Origin: Alphaproteobacteria bacterium
GTDB lineage: Bacteria; Pseudomonadota; Alphaproteobacteria; UBA828
Length of the DNA: 64,000 nucleotides
Reading direction: 5' to 3'
NCBI GenBank assembly: GCA_965220745.1
Contig: CBDCQT010000010.1
Location: forward strand, 750,702-814,701
In this document: in pieces, positions 20,338 through 29,589 of the stretch
Position numbering within the stretch: the first letter of the stretch is position 1
Layout of the letters: each line of letters opens with the position of its first letter
The notes under the pieces: model-generated
Told to the model about the DNA's origin: nothing
Database searches by the model: none
Seen by the model: only the letters and a program-made list of their open reading frames with translations
Made by a program: the position numbers and the translations under genes

Positions 20338-22131
20338 CTAGTAGACCCGTGCCTTGAGGGGAATGGTCTCGACCTCGTTGCTGAGCGTGTGCATGTGCAC
20401 CGGCCGGTAGTCGAGCCTGGTCGCGCCGTCGTCGTCGAGCCAAGCGACACTGTGCTTGAGCCACTTCTCGTCGTCGCGGTCCGGGAAGTCCTCGCGCGCA
20501 TGGCCGCCGCGGCTTTCCTCCCGATTGAGCGCCGAGTGCAGGGTGACGCTCGCCTGGCGCATCAGGTTGTCGAGCTCGATGGTCTCGGCGAGATCGGAGT
20601 TCCAGATCAGCGAGCGATCGGCGACGCCGATGTCGTTGCGGAAGCCGTCCCAGACGCCGTCCAGCTTGCGCGCGCCCTCCTCCATGATCTCGCGGGTGCG
20701 GAAGACGCCGGCGTGCTCCTGCATGGTGCGCTGCATGTCGAGCCGTATGGAGGCCGTGGGCGTCGCACCCTTGGCGTGGCGCAGCCGGTCGAACCAGTCG
20801 AGGCTCTTGTCGAGCACGCCGTTCTGCATCGGCTTGTGCGGCGCGCCGGCCTCGACGATCTCGGCGCAGCGCTGCGCCGCCGCGCGGCCGAACACCACCA
20901 GGTCGAGCAGCGAGTTGGACCCGAGGCGGTTGGCGCCGTGGACCGAGACGCAGGCCGCCTCCCCCACCGACATCAGGCCGGGGACCACGGAATCCGGGTC
21001 GCCGTCCCGCACCGTCACCGTCTCGCCGGTGTAGATGCAGGGGATGCCGCCCATGTTGTAGTGGACGGTCGGGATCACCGGGACCGGCTCCTCCAACGGC
21101 TCGACGCCGGCGAAGATGCGGGCCGTCTCGGTGATGCCGGGGAGGCGCTCGTTCAGCACCTCCGCGCCGAGATGGTCCATCTTCAGGTGCATGTGGTCCT
21201 TCTCGGGCCCGCAGCCGCGCCCCTCGCGAATCTCCATGGTGATCGCGCGGCTCACCACGTCCCGCGAGGCGAGGTCCTTGGCGTTGGGCGCGTAGCGCTC
21301 CATGAAGCGCTCGCCCTCGGAGTTGATCAGATAGCCGCCCTCGCCCCGCGCGCCCTCGCTCATCAGGCAGCCGGAGCCGTAGATGCCGGTGGGGTGGAAC
21401 TGCACGAACTCCATGTCCTGCAGGGGCAGGCCTGCGCGCAGCACCATGGCGTTGCCGTCGCCCGTGCAGGTGTGGGCCGAGGTCGCGGAGAAGTAGGCGC
21501 GGCCGTAGCCGCCGGTGGCCAGGATCACCATGTGGGCGCGGAAGAGGTGCAGCGTGCCGTCGTCCAGGTTCCAGGCGAGCACGCCGCGACACGCGCCTTC
21601 CTCGTCCATTACCAGGTCGAGGGCGAAGTACTCGATGAAGAACGCCGCCTTGTGGCGCAGCGACTGCTGGTAGAGCGTGTGCAGGATGGCGTGGCCGGTG
21701 CGATCAGCGGCGGCACAGGTGCGGTGCGCCTGCTTCTCGCCGTAGTTCAGCGACATGCCGCCGAAGGCGCGCTGGTAGATCTTTCCGTCCGGCGTGCGGG
21801 AGAAGGGCACGCCGTAGTGCTCCAGCTCGATGACCGCGCGCGGGCCCTCCTTGCACAGGTACTCGATCGCGTCCTGATCGCCGAGCCAGTCCGATCCCTT
21901 GACGGTGTCGTACATGTGCCAGCGCCAGTCGTCCTCCTCCATGTTGCCGAGCGCAGCCGAGATGCCGCCCTGAGCCGCCACCGTGTGGCTGCGGGTGGGG
22001 AAGAGCTTGCTGATGCAGGCGGTCTGCAGCCCGGCCTCGGCGAGGCCGAGTGTCGCCCGAAGCCCCGCGCCGCCGGCGCCCACCACCACCACGTCGTCGT
22101 GATGCTCGGCGATCGGGTAGGCCGACGTCAT
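20338..22131 (-). CDS. sdhA: Succinate dehydrogenase flavoprotein subunit
   Basis: [37 protein letters not shown] and ESRGGHAR. Confidence 0.97.
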   Translation of the reverse strand: MTSAYPIAEHHDDVVVVGAGGAGLRATLGLAEAGLQTACISKLFPTRSHTVAAQGGISAALGNMEEDDWRWHMYDTVKGSDWLGDQDAIEYLCKEGPRAVIELEHYGVPFSRTPDGKIYQRAFGGMSLNYGEKQAHRTCAAADRTGHAILHTLYQQSLRHKAAFFIEYFALDLVMDEEGACRGVLAWNLDDGTLHLFRAHMVILATGGYGRAYFSATSAHTCTGDGNAMVLRAGLPLQDMEFVQFHPTGIYGSGCLMSEGARGEGGYLINSEGERFMERYAPNAKDLASRDVVSRAITMEIREGRGCGPEKDHMHLKMDHLGAEVLNERLPGITETARIFAGVEPLEEPVPVIPTVHYNMGGIPCIYTGETVTVRDGDPDSVVPGLMSVGEAACVSVHGANRLGSNSLLDLVVFGRAAAQRCAEIVEAGAPHKPMQNGVLDKSLDWFDRLRHAKGATPTASIRLDMQRTMQEHAGVFRTREIMEEGARKLDGVWDGFRNDIGVADRSLIWNSDLAETIELDNLMRQASVTLHSALNREESRGGHAREDFPDRDDEKWLKHSVAWLDDDGATRLDYRPVHMHTLSNEVETIPLKARVY

Positions 22132-22135
22132 GCGC

Positions 22136-22519
22136 TCACCCCTGCACCGCGATCAGGATCACGGAATAGAGCGAGGCGAGGCAGAGCACGAGGCATAGCA
22201 GGGTGTTAAGGATCAGCAGCACCCACTTGCACTTGCCGTGCACGTAGTCCTCGATCACCACCTGCAGGCCGAGCTTCAGGTGATAGAAGGTCGCGCCGAG
22301 GAAGAGCAGCATCAGCACCGCCGCGACCGGGCCGGATAGCCAGTCGACGAAGTCGTCGCGGTCCGCGCCCGCTGCGATGAGCGACCAGAGCGAGCCCACG
22401 AACCAGAGCGAGAGCGGCACCAGCAGGATCGCGGTCAGTCGCTGCCACCACCAATGGTTGACGCCTTCCTTGGCGGAGCCCAGGTGGCGAACCTTGGCGA
22501 GCGGAGTCTGCAAAGCCAT
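22136..22519 (-). CDS. sdhD: Succinate dehydrogenase hydrophobic membrane anchor
   Basis: [26 protein letters not shown] and [15 protein letters not shown]. Confidence 0.93.
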   Translation of the reverse strand: MALQTPLAKVRHLGSAKEGVNHWWWQRLTAILLVPLSLWFVGSLWSLIAAGADRDDFVDWLSGPVAAVLMLLFLGATFYHLKLGLQVVIEDYVHGKCKWVLLILNTLLCLVLCLASLYSVILIAVQG

Positions 22520-22527
22520 GACGCGCC

Positions 22528-22944
22528 TCAGCCGGCCAGATTGCAGGCGAGGCCGAGGCCCCAGGAGAGGCCGGCCAGCACGAACGAAGCGACGACCACG
22601 GCGATGCCCGAGCCATAGGTCTCGCGGAGCGAGAGACACATGCCGGCATCCCAGAACAGGTGCCGGACGCCATTGCAGAGGTGGTAGAAGAGGCACCACG
22701 ACCAGGCGGCCAGCAGCGCGTAGCCGAGCCACGAGGTCAGGAACCACGCGGTCCAGTCGTAGTAGCGCTCGCCTGCGGCGGCGGTCAGCAGCCAGGCGCA
22801 GAGCATCGCCGCGCCGGACGCCAGAATCACGCCGGTCATGCGGTGCAGGATCGAGAGCACCGAGGTGAGCTGCGGCCGATAAATTGTGAGATGGGGCGAG
22901 ATCGGTCGCGCGCGGGTGCCGCCACCGCTTGATTGATCTGCCAC
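22528..22944 (-). CDS. sdhC: Succinate dehydrogenase cytochrome b556 subunit
   Basis: RPISPHLTIYRPQLTSVLSILHRMTG and YHLCNGVRHLFWDAG. Confidence 0.93.
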   Translation of the reverse strand: MADQSSGGGTRARPISPHLTIYRPQLTSVLSILHRMTGVILASGAAMLCAWLLTAAAGERYYDWTAWFLTSWLGYALLAAWSWCLFYHLCNGVRHLFWDAGMCLSLRETYGSGIAVVVASFVLAGLSWGLGLACNLAG

Positions 22945-23046
22945 GAATTCACCCCCGAAATCCGGCCCTGAGCCGGGCCGTATCAGCGCCTGAGATTTAG
23001 CCCCGGAGGCGGAACCGAGTCAACGCGCGCGGCCTAACTTCACGTG

Positions 23047-23445
23047 CTAATGATCGAAGTGGTAGACGATTTGATCGAAGCGGTCGCGTGGGAAGGAGAA
23101 CACGAAGACCAGCGGCTCTGGACCGGTGCAGCGGATGGCGTGGCGGGCATCCGGCGGGATGTAGATGGCGCAGCCGGGTCCCACCGCTTGCGTGCGGCCC
23201 TCGATCTCCATCTCCCCGCGCCCGCTCATGATGTAGTAGGTCTCGGCGGGCTCGTGGTAGTGGCGCATGAGCTCGGCGCCGGGCGTGATCTCCGCGATCC
23301 CGGTGATGAGACCAACGCTCTGCGTGCTCTCGCCAGCGATCAGCAGCTTCCAGCGGATGCCGCTGCCCGTGGCGAGGTCGGCGTCCTCTCCCCCCTCCCA
23401 GTCGAGCGTGGCCTGATCGACGATGGCTGGCCCAGGCACGGTCAT
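23047..23445 (-). CDS. Cupin protein resembling DMSP lyases DddK/DddW
   Basis: GIRWKLLI, AEITPG, HYHEPAETYY, YIPPDARHA and FPRDRFDQIVY. Strong AAGGAGG RBS before ATG 23445. Confidence 0.7.
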   Translation of the reverse strand: MTVPGPAIVDQATLDWEGGEDADLATGSGIRWKLLIAGESTQSVGLITGIAEITPGAELMRHYHEPAETYYIMSGRGEMEIEGRTQAVGPGCAIYIPPDARHAIRCTGPEPLVFVFSFPRDRFDQIVYHFDH

Positions 23446-23488
23446 CGGCCCCTCCTTTGCCGGTGCGCGATACGAGCGCCCTGGCCCG

Positions 23489-24445
23489 TCAGTCAATCCG
23501 GTTGCACGCGTTCACCGGCGCATCGCCGGCGAGCACCCGCACCACCTCCTCCGCGCCCCGCTGCCTGAGCTCCGCCAGCGAGGCATCGGAGGAGAAGGCC
23601 ACGTGCGGGGTCGCGATTACGTCCGCGCGGGCGACGAGCGCTGCAGGCGGGCTCGGCTCGCCCTCCACCACGTCGAGGCCGGCGCCGGCGAGCTGGCCGG
23701 CGTCCAATGCTTCGATCAGTGCATCGTTGTCGACCACCGGGCCGCGGCTCACGTTGATGAGGAAGGCGCCCGGCTTGACGCCGGCGAGGAACGCCGCATC
23801 CACCAGGTGATGCGTCGCGTCGGTGAGCGGCAGGTGGACGACGATGATGTCGGAGTTGGCGGCGATGCGGTCGAGCCCGACCATTTGCGCTGGCACGGCC
23901 CCAGGCGGCGCGGCGATATCGTGGCCCAGCACGGTCATGCCGAGCGCGTCCAGCTTCCGCGCGGTGCAGCGCCCGATGCGCCCCATGCCGAGGATGCCGG
24001 CAGTCAGCGTCGCCCCACGGCGAAGGCGGGCGCCGGAGGGGTCCCATACGCCCGTCTTCACGGCACGGTCGAAGTGAACCACGCCACGGAACCAGGCGTA
24101 GGCCATGGCCACCGCGTGGTCTGAAACCTCCTCCACGCAATAGTCCGGCACGTTGGCGACCCAGGCGCCGCGCGCGGTCGCCGCGTCCACCGCGATGTTG
24201 TCGAGCCCGACGCCCAGCCGCTGCACGATCTTGAGTGCCGAGGGGCGCGCGATAGCGGCGGCGGAGATTTGGGCCCAGCAGGTGAGGATGGCGGCGGGAT
24301 CGTGTTCATCCACCATGGCTTCGACCGCCTCCGCCGGGCTTGGCTCGGAAGGGCCCGCCACCAGTGTGTGGCCGGCGTCTTCGAGCACCGCACGCTCAAT
24401 GCTCACGTCGGGCCAGGCGAAGTCTGTCTGAAGCACGGTCGCCAT
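23489..24445 (-). CDS. D-isomer-specific 2-hydroxyacid dehydrogenase (CtBP-like)
   Basis: GVGLDNI, NVPDYCVEEVSDH, GMGRIG, INVSRG, GLDV and TPHVAF. Confidence 0.9.
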   Translation of the reverse strand: MATVLQTDFAWPDVSIERAVLEDAGHTLVAGPSEPSPAEAVEAMVDEHDPAAILTCWAQISAAAIARPSALKIVQRLGVGLDNIAVDAATARGAWVANVPDYCVEEVSDHAVAMAYAWFRGVVHFDRAVKTGVWDPSGARLRRGATLTAGILGMGRIGRCTARKLDALGMTVLGHDIAAPPGAVPAQMVGLDRIAANSDIIVVHLPLTDATHHLVDAAFLAGVKPGAFLINVSRGPVVDNDALIEALDAGQLAGAGLDVVEGEPSPPAALVARADVIATPHVAFSSDASLAELRQRGAEEVVRVLAGDAPVNACNRID

Positions 24446-24804
24446 GGGTCATTCTCCCTCATGCCGTGGGGGGCCGTCGCGCTTGCGCCTATCGTAAACT
24501 GCATGTCTTGGCAGGGTCATCGCGGAAAGCACCGGGGCGAGGCATTGAGAGCGAGCTGTAGACACCGCTGGCCGCCGGCGGCAGCGTAGGCCGTCGCCGG
24601 CGGCCAAGGGGCGGGAGCTGCGGGCAGGGAGGAACCCGGTCCCGCCCCTCCCGGCCGGAACCTGCCTTGCGATCCGTTCTTGGCGGAGTTGGACGCGCGT
24701 TCCGCCAAATCTATGCAAGATCGGCCAGTGGGCGGCTATTCAGAGATGGCACCGCCGGACGATAATTGCCAATAGAATTTTTCTGGGAGGGCTATGAAAA
24801 ACAT

Positions 24805-25680
24805 TTATACGTCGCCTGCAGTCTTTGGCTGGGCAACGGCCAGGAGGTCGTAGCCGAGTTCCGTCGGCGCGAGCCGGCAGGCCAGCGCGTCGAGCCAGCC
24901 AATCGGCCGGGAACTGACGACCTTCCGCTCGGACAGCAGGCTCTCAGCCCCGACGCTCGCCACCCGGAAACCAGTCTCCGAAAGGTCGCGGTGCACTTCG
25001 TCGAGCGTATAGAGGTGGTAGAACAGGCGGATCTTACCGTCGGCTTGGTTGCGCTGGTAAAGGACGTCGCCCGGCTCGAGCGTGCCTTCGCGCACCAGAG
25101 GCTCCGAATCGCGCTGCTCGGCGCGGAACCGGCGTTTCGCGTTCGGAACGCTGAGGATCAGGGTGCCTTCCGCCTTCAGCATGGTGCGGATGGCCCGCAG
25201 CAGACGCAGGCGCTCCGAACGCTTGGCAACGTGTGCCAGGACCCCGAAAGCCAACAACGCGAGGTCGAAGGCCTGCGGTAGTTCGGCGGCCAGGTCGTCT
25301 GGGTCATCCCCCCGAATGATCAGGCGTTCGTCGCTTACGAAGCCGCGCAGGCGTTCCGCCAGCGTCTCGCGCGCGACCGGGCTGATGTCGTGGGCCACGC
25401 AGCGCGTCCCGTTCATTTGCAGGAGCGGCAGGGTGTAGCGCCCGGTGCCGGCGCCGACGTCGAGAAACCAGCCACCGGCAACCAGGCACCGTTTCATCTT
25501 CCGCAGAGTGCGCCGGTTCGGGCGTGGGTAACGCCGGTCGTAGAGGCCCGAAGAGATATAGCGACCGTAGCTGCCGGACATGTCCGGCAGTTCCGGCCCA
25601 TGCGGGTGAGCCGATGGTGTCGCGTCGGCCACGATCTGTTCCGCGGCCTTGGGGGCCACCGCCATTCTTCCGTCAAACAT
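24805..25680 (-). CDS. Class I SAM-dependent methyltransferase
   Basis: LDVGAGTGR motif I, HDIS, FDLALL and GTLILSVPN. Start uncertain. Confidence 0.8.
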   Translation of the reverse strand: MFDGRMAVAPKAAEQIVADATPSAHPHGPELPDMSGSYGRYISSGLYDRRYPRPNRRTLRKMKRCLVAGGWFLDVGAGTGRYTLPLLQMNGTRCVAHDISPVARETLAERLRGFVSDERLIIRGDDPDDLAAELPQAFDLALLAFGVLAHVAKRSERLRLLRAIRTMLKAEGTLILSVPNAKRRFRAEQRDSEPLVREGTLEPGDVLYQRNQADGKIRLFYHLYTLDEVHRDLSETGFRVASVGAESLLSERKVVSSRPIGWLDALACRLAPTELGYDLLAVAQPKTAGDV

Positions 25681-25785
25681 CCTGCGTCCTCGAACAGGAT
25701 GTATGCACTCAATCGCGATTCGTATGCTGCCAGTCTTCGGGAGTCGCCGTCAAATTTTCGTGATACTCCGGATTTCCCAACCCGA

Positions 25786-26040
25786 TTATGGCAACCGGTC
25801 CTCAGGCTCCGGTGGCTGGCCGCCCTCCCTGCGCAGCAGGCGGCGCGCCGCCTCGATGTCGGCGTCGGCTTTTCGGGTGGCGAAGAAATCGGCGGTTTTC
25901 ATGGCGGAAACCTTCTCGGCGACAGCGGTCGCCACGAATTGGTTGAAGCTGGTGCCATCTTCCCTGGCGATGTGCGCAGCGGCCTCCTTCAAGGACTTGG
26001 GCAGCCGCAGCGGGTAGGTGCTGGTCTCCTTCTTCGCCAT
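25786..26040 (-). CDS. Ribbon-helix-helix (HicB-like) antitoxin
   Basis: YPLRLPKSLK...DGTSFNQFVATAVAEK. Translationally coupled to the PIN gene. Confidence 0.8.
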   Translation of the reverse strand: MAKKETSTYPLRLPKSLKEAAAHIAREDGTSFNQFVATAVAEKVSAMKTADFFATRKADADIEAARRLLRREGGQPPEPEDRLP

Positions 26041-26456
26041 CACAAGCTCCTCAAGGCCTCCCGGGGCGTCTGCAGCGCGATTCCGAACTGCGCCGGGGCA
26101 TCGCCGAAGTCACGCCGGTTGAACGTCACCAGAGCGTCGGCTCTGCCGTTCACGGCAGTCTCGAACACCATCTCGTCGGCGGGATCGCGGAGCTGAGGGC
26201 GCCACAAATAGCGCACATCGACCGGCTCGCACACCGCACAAAGCGCCGAGACGATGGTCGACACCTCTTCCTCACTCAATCCCGACGCGATCCGCTGCGC
26301 CGGATCGCGGCAGACCGCCTCGTATTCCAACATCAGAGCCACGGACAGCAAGAGCGTGAACCTCTCACTCAAGGCATGATCGAGCAGCGCTGCGGAGGCG
26401 CCGCCCGGGCTGCGCAGACCCGCGACCACGACATTGGTGTCTAATACATATCGCAT
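26040..26456 (-). CDS. PIN-domain toxin
   Basis: VLDTNVVVAG, EYE, LRDPADEMVFETAV and LVTFNRRDF. Confidence 0.85.
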   Translation of the reverse strand: MRYVLDTNVVVAGLRSPGGASAALLDHALSERFTLLLSVALMLEYEAVCRDPAQRIASGLSEEEVSTIVSALCAVCEPVDVRYLWRPQLRDPADEMVFETAVNGRADALVTFNRRDFGDAPAQFGIALQTPREALRSL

Positions 26457-26467
26457 CATATATGATG
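26454..26467. promoter_or_regulatory. Perfect palindrome CATCATATATGATG, probable TA auto-operator
   Basis: 14-bp palindrome overlapping the toxin start codon. Confidence 0.55.
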
Positions 26468-26496
26468 TCACATGATATACGATGACAAGCCTAAAG

Positions 26497-27150
26497 TCAG
26501 GGAGAGCTACGCAGCATCGCGAGCGCCATGCCGACCGCAGCCTGCGAGGGGTCGATGACGGGGCAGCCGAGATGCGCCTCCAGCGGCGCCCGGTAACGCG
26601 CCATGCCGGCGCAGCCGAGGACGATCACGTCCGCACCGTCCTCGTCGCGCAACCGCTCCGCCACGTGCGTCACGCGGTCGGCGACGATGTCTCCCTGTGC
26701 AAGCTGGGTGACCCCGAGCCCGATGGCGCGCTCGCCGGCCATGCGTGCGCTCAGACCGAGCGACGCGATGTAGCGCCGGTGACGCGGGATCGAGCCCTCG
26801 AGGATGGCGACGATGCCGAAGCGCTCGCCCCGCGCGAGCGCCGCCAGGATGCCGCATTGCGCGATGCCGAAGACCGGCGTAAGCGTCGCCTCCCGCGCCG
26901 CGTGGAGGCCGGGGTCGGAGAAGCAGGCGATGACGAAGGCGTCCGCGCTCTCCCGCTCGATCGCGCGGCAGAGCGGTGCCACCACCTCGTCGACATGGCG
27001 TTGGGTCTCGATGCCGGGCGGGCCTTCGGGGAGCGTCATGCAGTCGATTGCAGGCCCGCCCTCGAAGCGCAGGCCATTCACCGCGCGCGCGATATCGTCG
27101 GTGACCGTCGCGCTGCTGTTCGGGTTGATGACGAGGATGCGGGCGCTCAC
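26497..27150 (-). CDS. Asp/Glu/hydantoin racemase family protein
   Basis: ILVINPNSS, IACFSDPGL and VLGCAGM (two catalytic Cys). GTG start overlapping the upstream stop. Confidence 0.9.
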   Translation of the reverse strand: MSARILVINPNSSATVTDDIARAVNGLRFEGGPAIDCMTLPEGPPGIETQRHVDEVVAPLCRAIERESADAFVIACFSDPGLHAAREATLTPVFGIAQCGILAALARGERFGIVAILEGSIPRHRRYIASLGLSARMAGERAIGLGVTQLAQGDIVADRVTHVAERLRDEDGADVIVLGCAGMARYRAPLEAHLGCPVIDPSQAAVGMALAMLRSSP

Positions 27151-28091
27151 GGTGCCTTCCCGCGCGGCGGCACGAGGCCCGTGGTCTCGACGATCAGGCC
27201 GTAATGCTCGGTGCGGCGGTGAGCCGCGAAGTCGAAGGTGCTGGACTTGAGGAAGGCGCCGTCGTCCAGGTCGCAGGCAGCGACGATAACCTCGTCGTCC
27301 ACCGAGCGGGCCTGCGCCACGATCTCGCCGTTGGGCGAGACGATGGCGCTGCCGCCCAGCATGTCCACGCCCTCCTCCCGGCCAGCCTTGGCGACGCCCA
27401 CAACCCAGGCGCCGTTCTGATAGGCGCCGGCCTGCATGGTGAGGTGATTGTGGAAGGCGCGCCGGTGCGGCGGCTCGAAGGCGAGGCCGTTGAGCGCCGG
27501 CGTGTTGTAGCCGATCAGCACCAGCTCGACGCCCTGCAGGCCGAGCACGCGGAAGGCCTCGGGCCAGCGCCGGTCGTTGCAGATCAGCATGCCGACGCGG
27601 CCGCCGAGCGTCTCCCACACCGGAAAGCCGAGATTGCCCACCTCGAAGTAGCGCTTCTCCAGGTGCTGGAACTCGCGCTCGGGCTCGTGCTCGGCGTGGC
27701 CCGGCAGGTGGACCTTGCGGTACTTGCCGACGACCGCGCCCGTCTTGTCCACCAGGATGGCCGTGTTGAAGCGGCGGGTCTTCCCGTCCTCCTGCACCAG
27801 CTCGGCGTAACCGAGGTGGAAGGCGACGCCGAGGGCAGCAGCCTCGTCGAACAGCGGCCGGGTCTCGGGGCCCGGCATCTCCGCCTCGAAGAACGCGTCC
27901 GCCTCCGCGTCGTCCAGCAGCCAGCGCGGGAAGAACGTGGTGAGCGCGAGCTCCGGATAGACCACGAGGTCGGCACCGCGCCCTGCCGCCTCGCCCATCA
28001 GCGCGATCATGCGCGCGACCACGGCAGCCCGCGGCTCGGCGCGGGCGATGGGGCCGAGCTGCGCCGCTGCGACGGTGACGATCCGGCTCAT
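27147..28091 (-). CDS. N-carbamoyl-D-amino acid hydrolase (D-carbamoylase, nitrilase family)
   Basis: YPELALTTFFPR (Glu), YRKVHLPGH (Lys), ICNDRRWPE (Cys) and QHLEKRYF. Confidence 0.9.
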   Translation of the reverse strand: MSRIVTVAAAQLGPIARAEPRAAVVARMIALMGEAAGRGADLVVYPELALTTFFPRWLLDDAEADAFFEAEMPGPETRPLFDEAAALGVAFHLGYAELVQEDGKTRRFNTAILVDKTGAVVGKYRKVHLPGHAEHEPEREFQHLEKRYFEVGNLGFPVWETLGGRVGMLICNDRRWPEAFRVLGLQGVELVLIGYNTPALNGLAFEPPHRRAFHNHLTMQAGAYQNGAWVVGVAKAGREEGVDMLGGSAIVSPNGEIVAQARSVDDEVIVAACDLDDGAFLKSSTFDFAAHRRTEHYGLIVETTGLVPPRGKAP

Positions 28092-29578
28092 GTCTCGCCC
28101 TCCCTCGCCCATGGGGCGTCGTAGTCGCCGCTCTCCGGCGCGAAGCCGTGGACCCGTCGGCCCAGAGGGTGCGCGGCTGCCGGCAGGTCGCAGCGCAGGA
28201 ATTCGCCGCGGCCCGGCTCGCCCAGAACCGCGCCGTCGTCCCAGACGATCATGCCGCGGGAGAGCGTGGTCACCGGCCAGCCGGTGACCGTGCGGCCTTC
28301 GTAGGGCGTGTAGTCGAGATTGTCGTGCAGCATGTCCTGCGAGATCGTCACCCGCCGCTCTGGGTCCCAGATCGCGATGTCGGCGTCGCCGCCGACCGCG
28401 ATGGAGCCCTTGCGCGGATAGAGGCCGTAGAGCTTCGCCGGCCGGGTGCAGCAGAGGTCGACGAAGCGGTTGAGGCTTATGCGTCCCGAGCCCACGCCGG
28501 CCGAGAACAGCATCGGCAGGCGGATTTCGAGCCCCGGCACGCCGTTCGCGATCCGGTTGAAGGGCGCGCCCTTGCCGTGCATCTGCTTGCCCTCCGGGTC
28601 GTCGTAGCGATAGGGCGCGTGGTCGGAGGAGAAGACATCGAACACGCCGCCCTCCAGCCCGCGCCAGACATGCTCCTGGTTCGCCGCATCGCGCGGCGGC
28701 GGGCTGCAGACGTACTTCGCGCCCTTGAAGCCCTCGCGGTCGAGGTCGGCGGCGGTGAGGAAGAGATACTGCGGGCAGGTCTCGGCGTAGAGTCTGAGCC
28801 CGCGCGCCTTGGCTGCGCGGATTTCCTCCATCGCCGCGCGCGCCGAGACATGCACGATCAGGATCGGCAGATCGACGATCTCGGCGAGGGTAATCGCGCG
28901 GTGGGTGGCCTCGCGCTCGGCCGCCGCGGCATGGGCCACCCCGTGGAACTGGGGGGCGGAACGGCCGGCGCCGATCAGCCGCTCCGTGAGCCAGGCGATG
29001 ACGTCGTGGTTCTCGGCGTGGACCATCACCATGGCGCCCTCGCGCCGCGCCGCCGCGAGCACGTCGAGAACCTGGCGGTCGTCCAGCTTGAGCGCGTCGT
29101 AGGTCATGTAGATCTTGAACGAGGTGTAGCCGTCCTTGATCAGCGCCGGCAGTTCCTGCCCCAACACCTGCTCGGTCGGGTCCGAGACGATCAGGTGGAA
29201 TGCGTAATCGATCACCGCCTTGCCGCGGGCGCGCGCGTGATAGTCCTCGACCACGGCGCGGAGCGATTGCCCCCGATGCTGGGCCGCGAAGGGGATGATG
29301 CAGGTGGTGCCGCCGCAGGCAGCCGAGATGGAGCCGGAGCGGAAGTCGTCCGCCGTGGTGGCGCCCATGGAGGACGGCTGGTCGATGTGGCAGTGGCTGT
29401 CGACCCCGCCTGGCAGCACGAGCTTGTCCGCAGCGTCGATCTCGTCCGCGCCGGGGCCGAGGCCTTCCGCGAGTGCGACCACACGGCCGTCGCGGATACC
29501 GACGTCGCAGGCCACCGTGTCGGCGGCCGTGGCCACGGTGCCACCGCGTATGACGAGATCGTAGTCGGTGGAAGCCAT
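28088..29578 (-). CDS. hydA: Dihydropyrimidinase/D-hydantoinase
   Basis: PGGVDSHCH, SFKIYMTY, MVHAEN, VHVS, AETCPQYL and SSDHAP. Confidence 0.9.
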   Translation of the reverse strand: MASTDYDLVIRGGTVATAADTVACDVGIRDGRVVALAEGLGPGADEIDAADKLVLPGGVDSHCHIDQPSSMGATTADDFRSGSISAACGGTTCIIPFAAQHRGQSLRAVVEDYHARARGKAVIDYAFHLIVSDPTEQVLGQELPALIKDGYTSFKIYMTYDALKLDDRQVLDVLAAARREGAMVMVHAENHDVIAWLTERLIGAGRSAPQFHGVAHAAAAEREATHRAITLAEIVDLPILIVHVSARAAMEEIRAAKARGLRLYAETCPQYLFLTAADLDREGFKGAKYVCSPPPRDAANQEHVWRGLEGGVFDVFSSDHAPYRYDDPEGKQMHGKGAPFNRIANGVPGLEIRLPMLFSAGVGSGRISLNRFVDLCCTRPAKLYGLYPRKGSIAVGGDADIAIWDPERRVTISQDMLHDNLDYTPYEGRTVTGWPVTTLSRGMIVWDDGAVLGEPGRGEFLRCDLPAAAHPLGRRVHGFAPESGDYDAPWAREGET

Positions 29579-29589
29579 CGTGCGCCCCG

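Noticed and set aside
25764-25791. Possible eighth copy of the MITE-end repeat (TACTCCGGATTTCCCAACCCGATTATGG)
   Set aside because: Only about 19 of 28 positions match, too degenerate to support.
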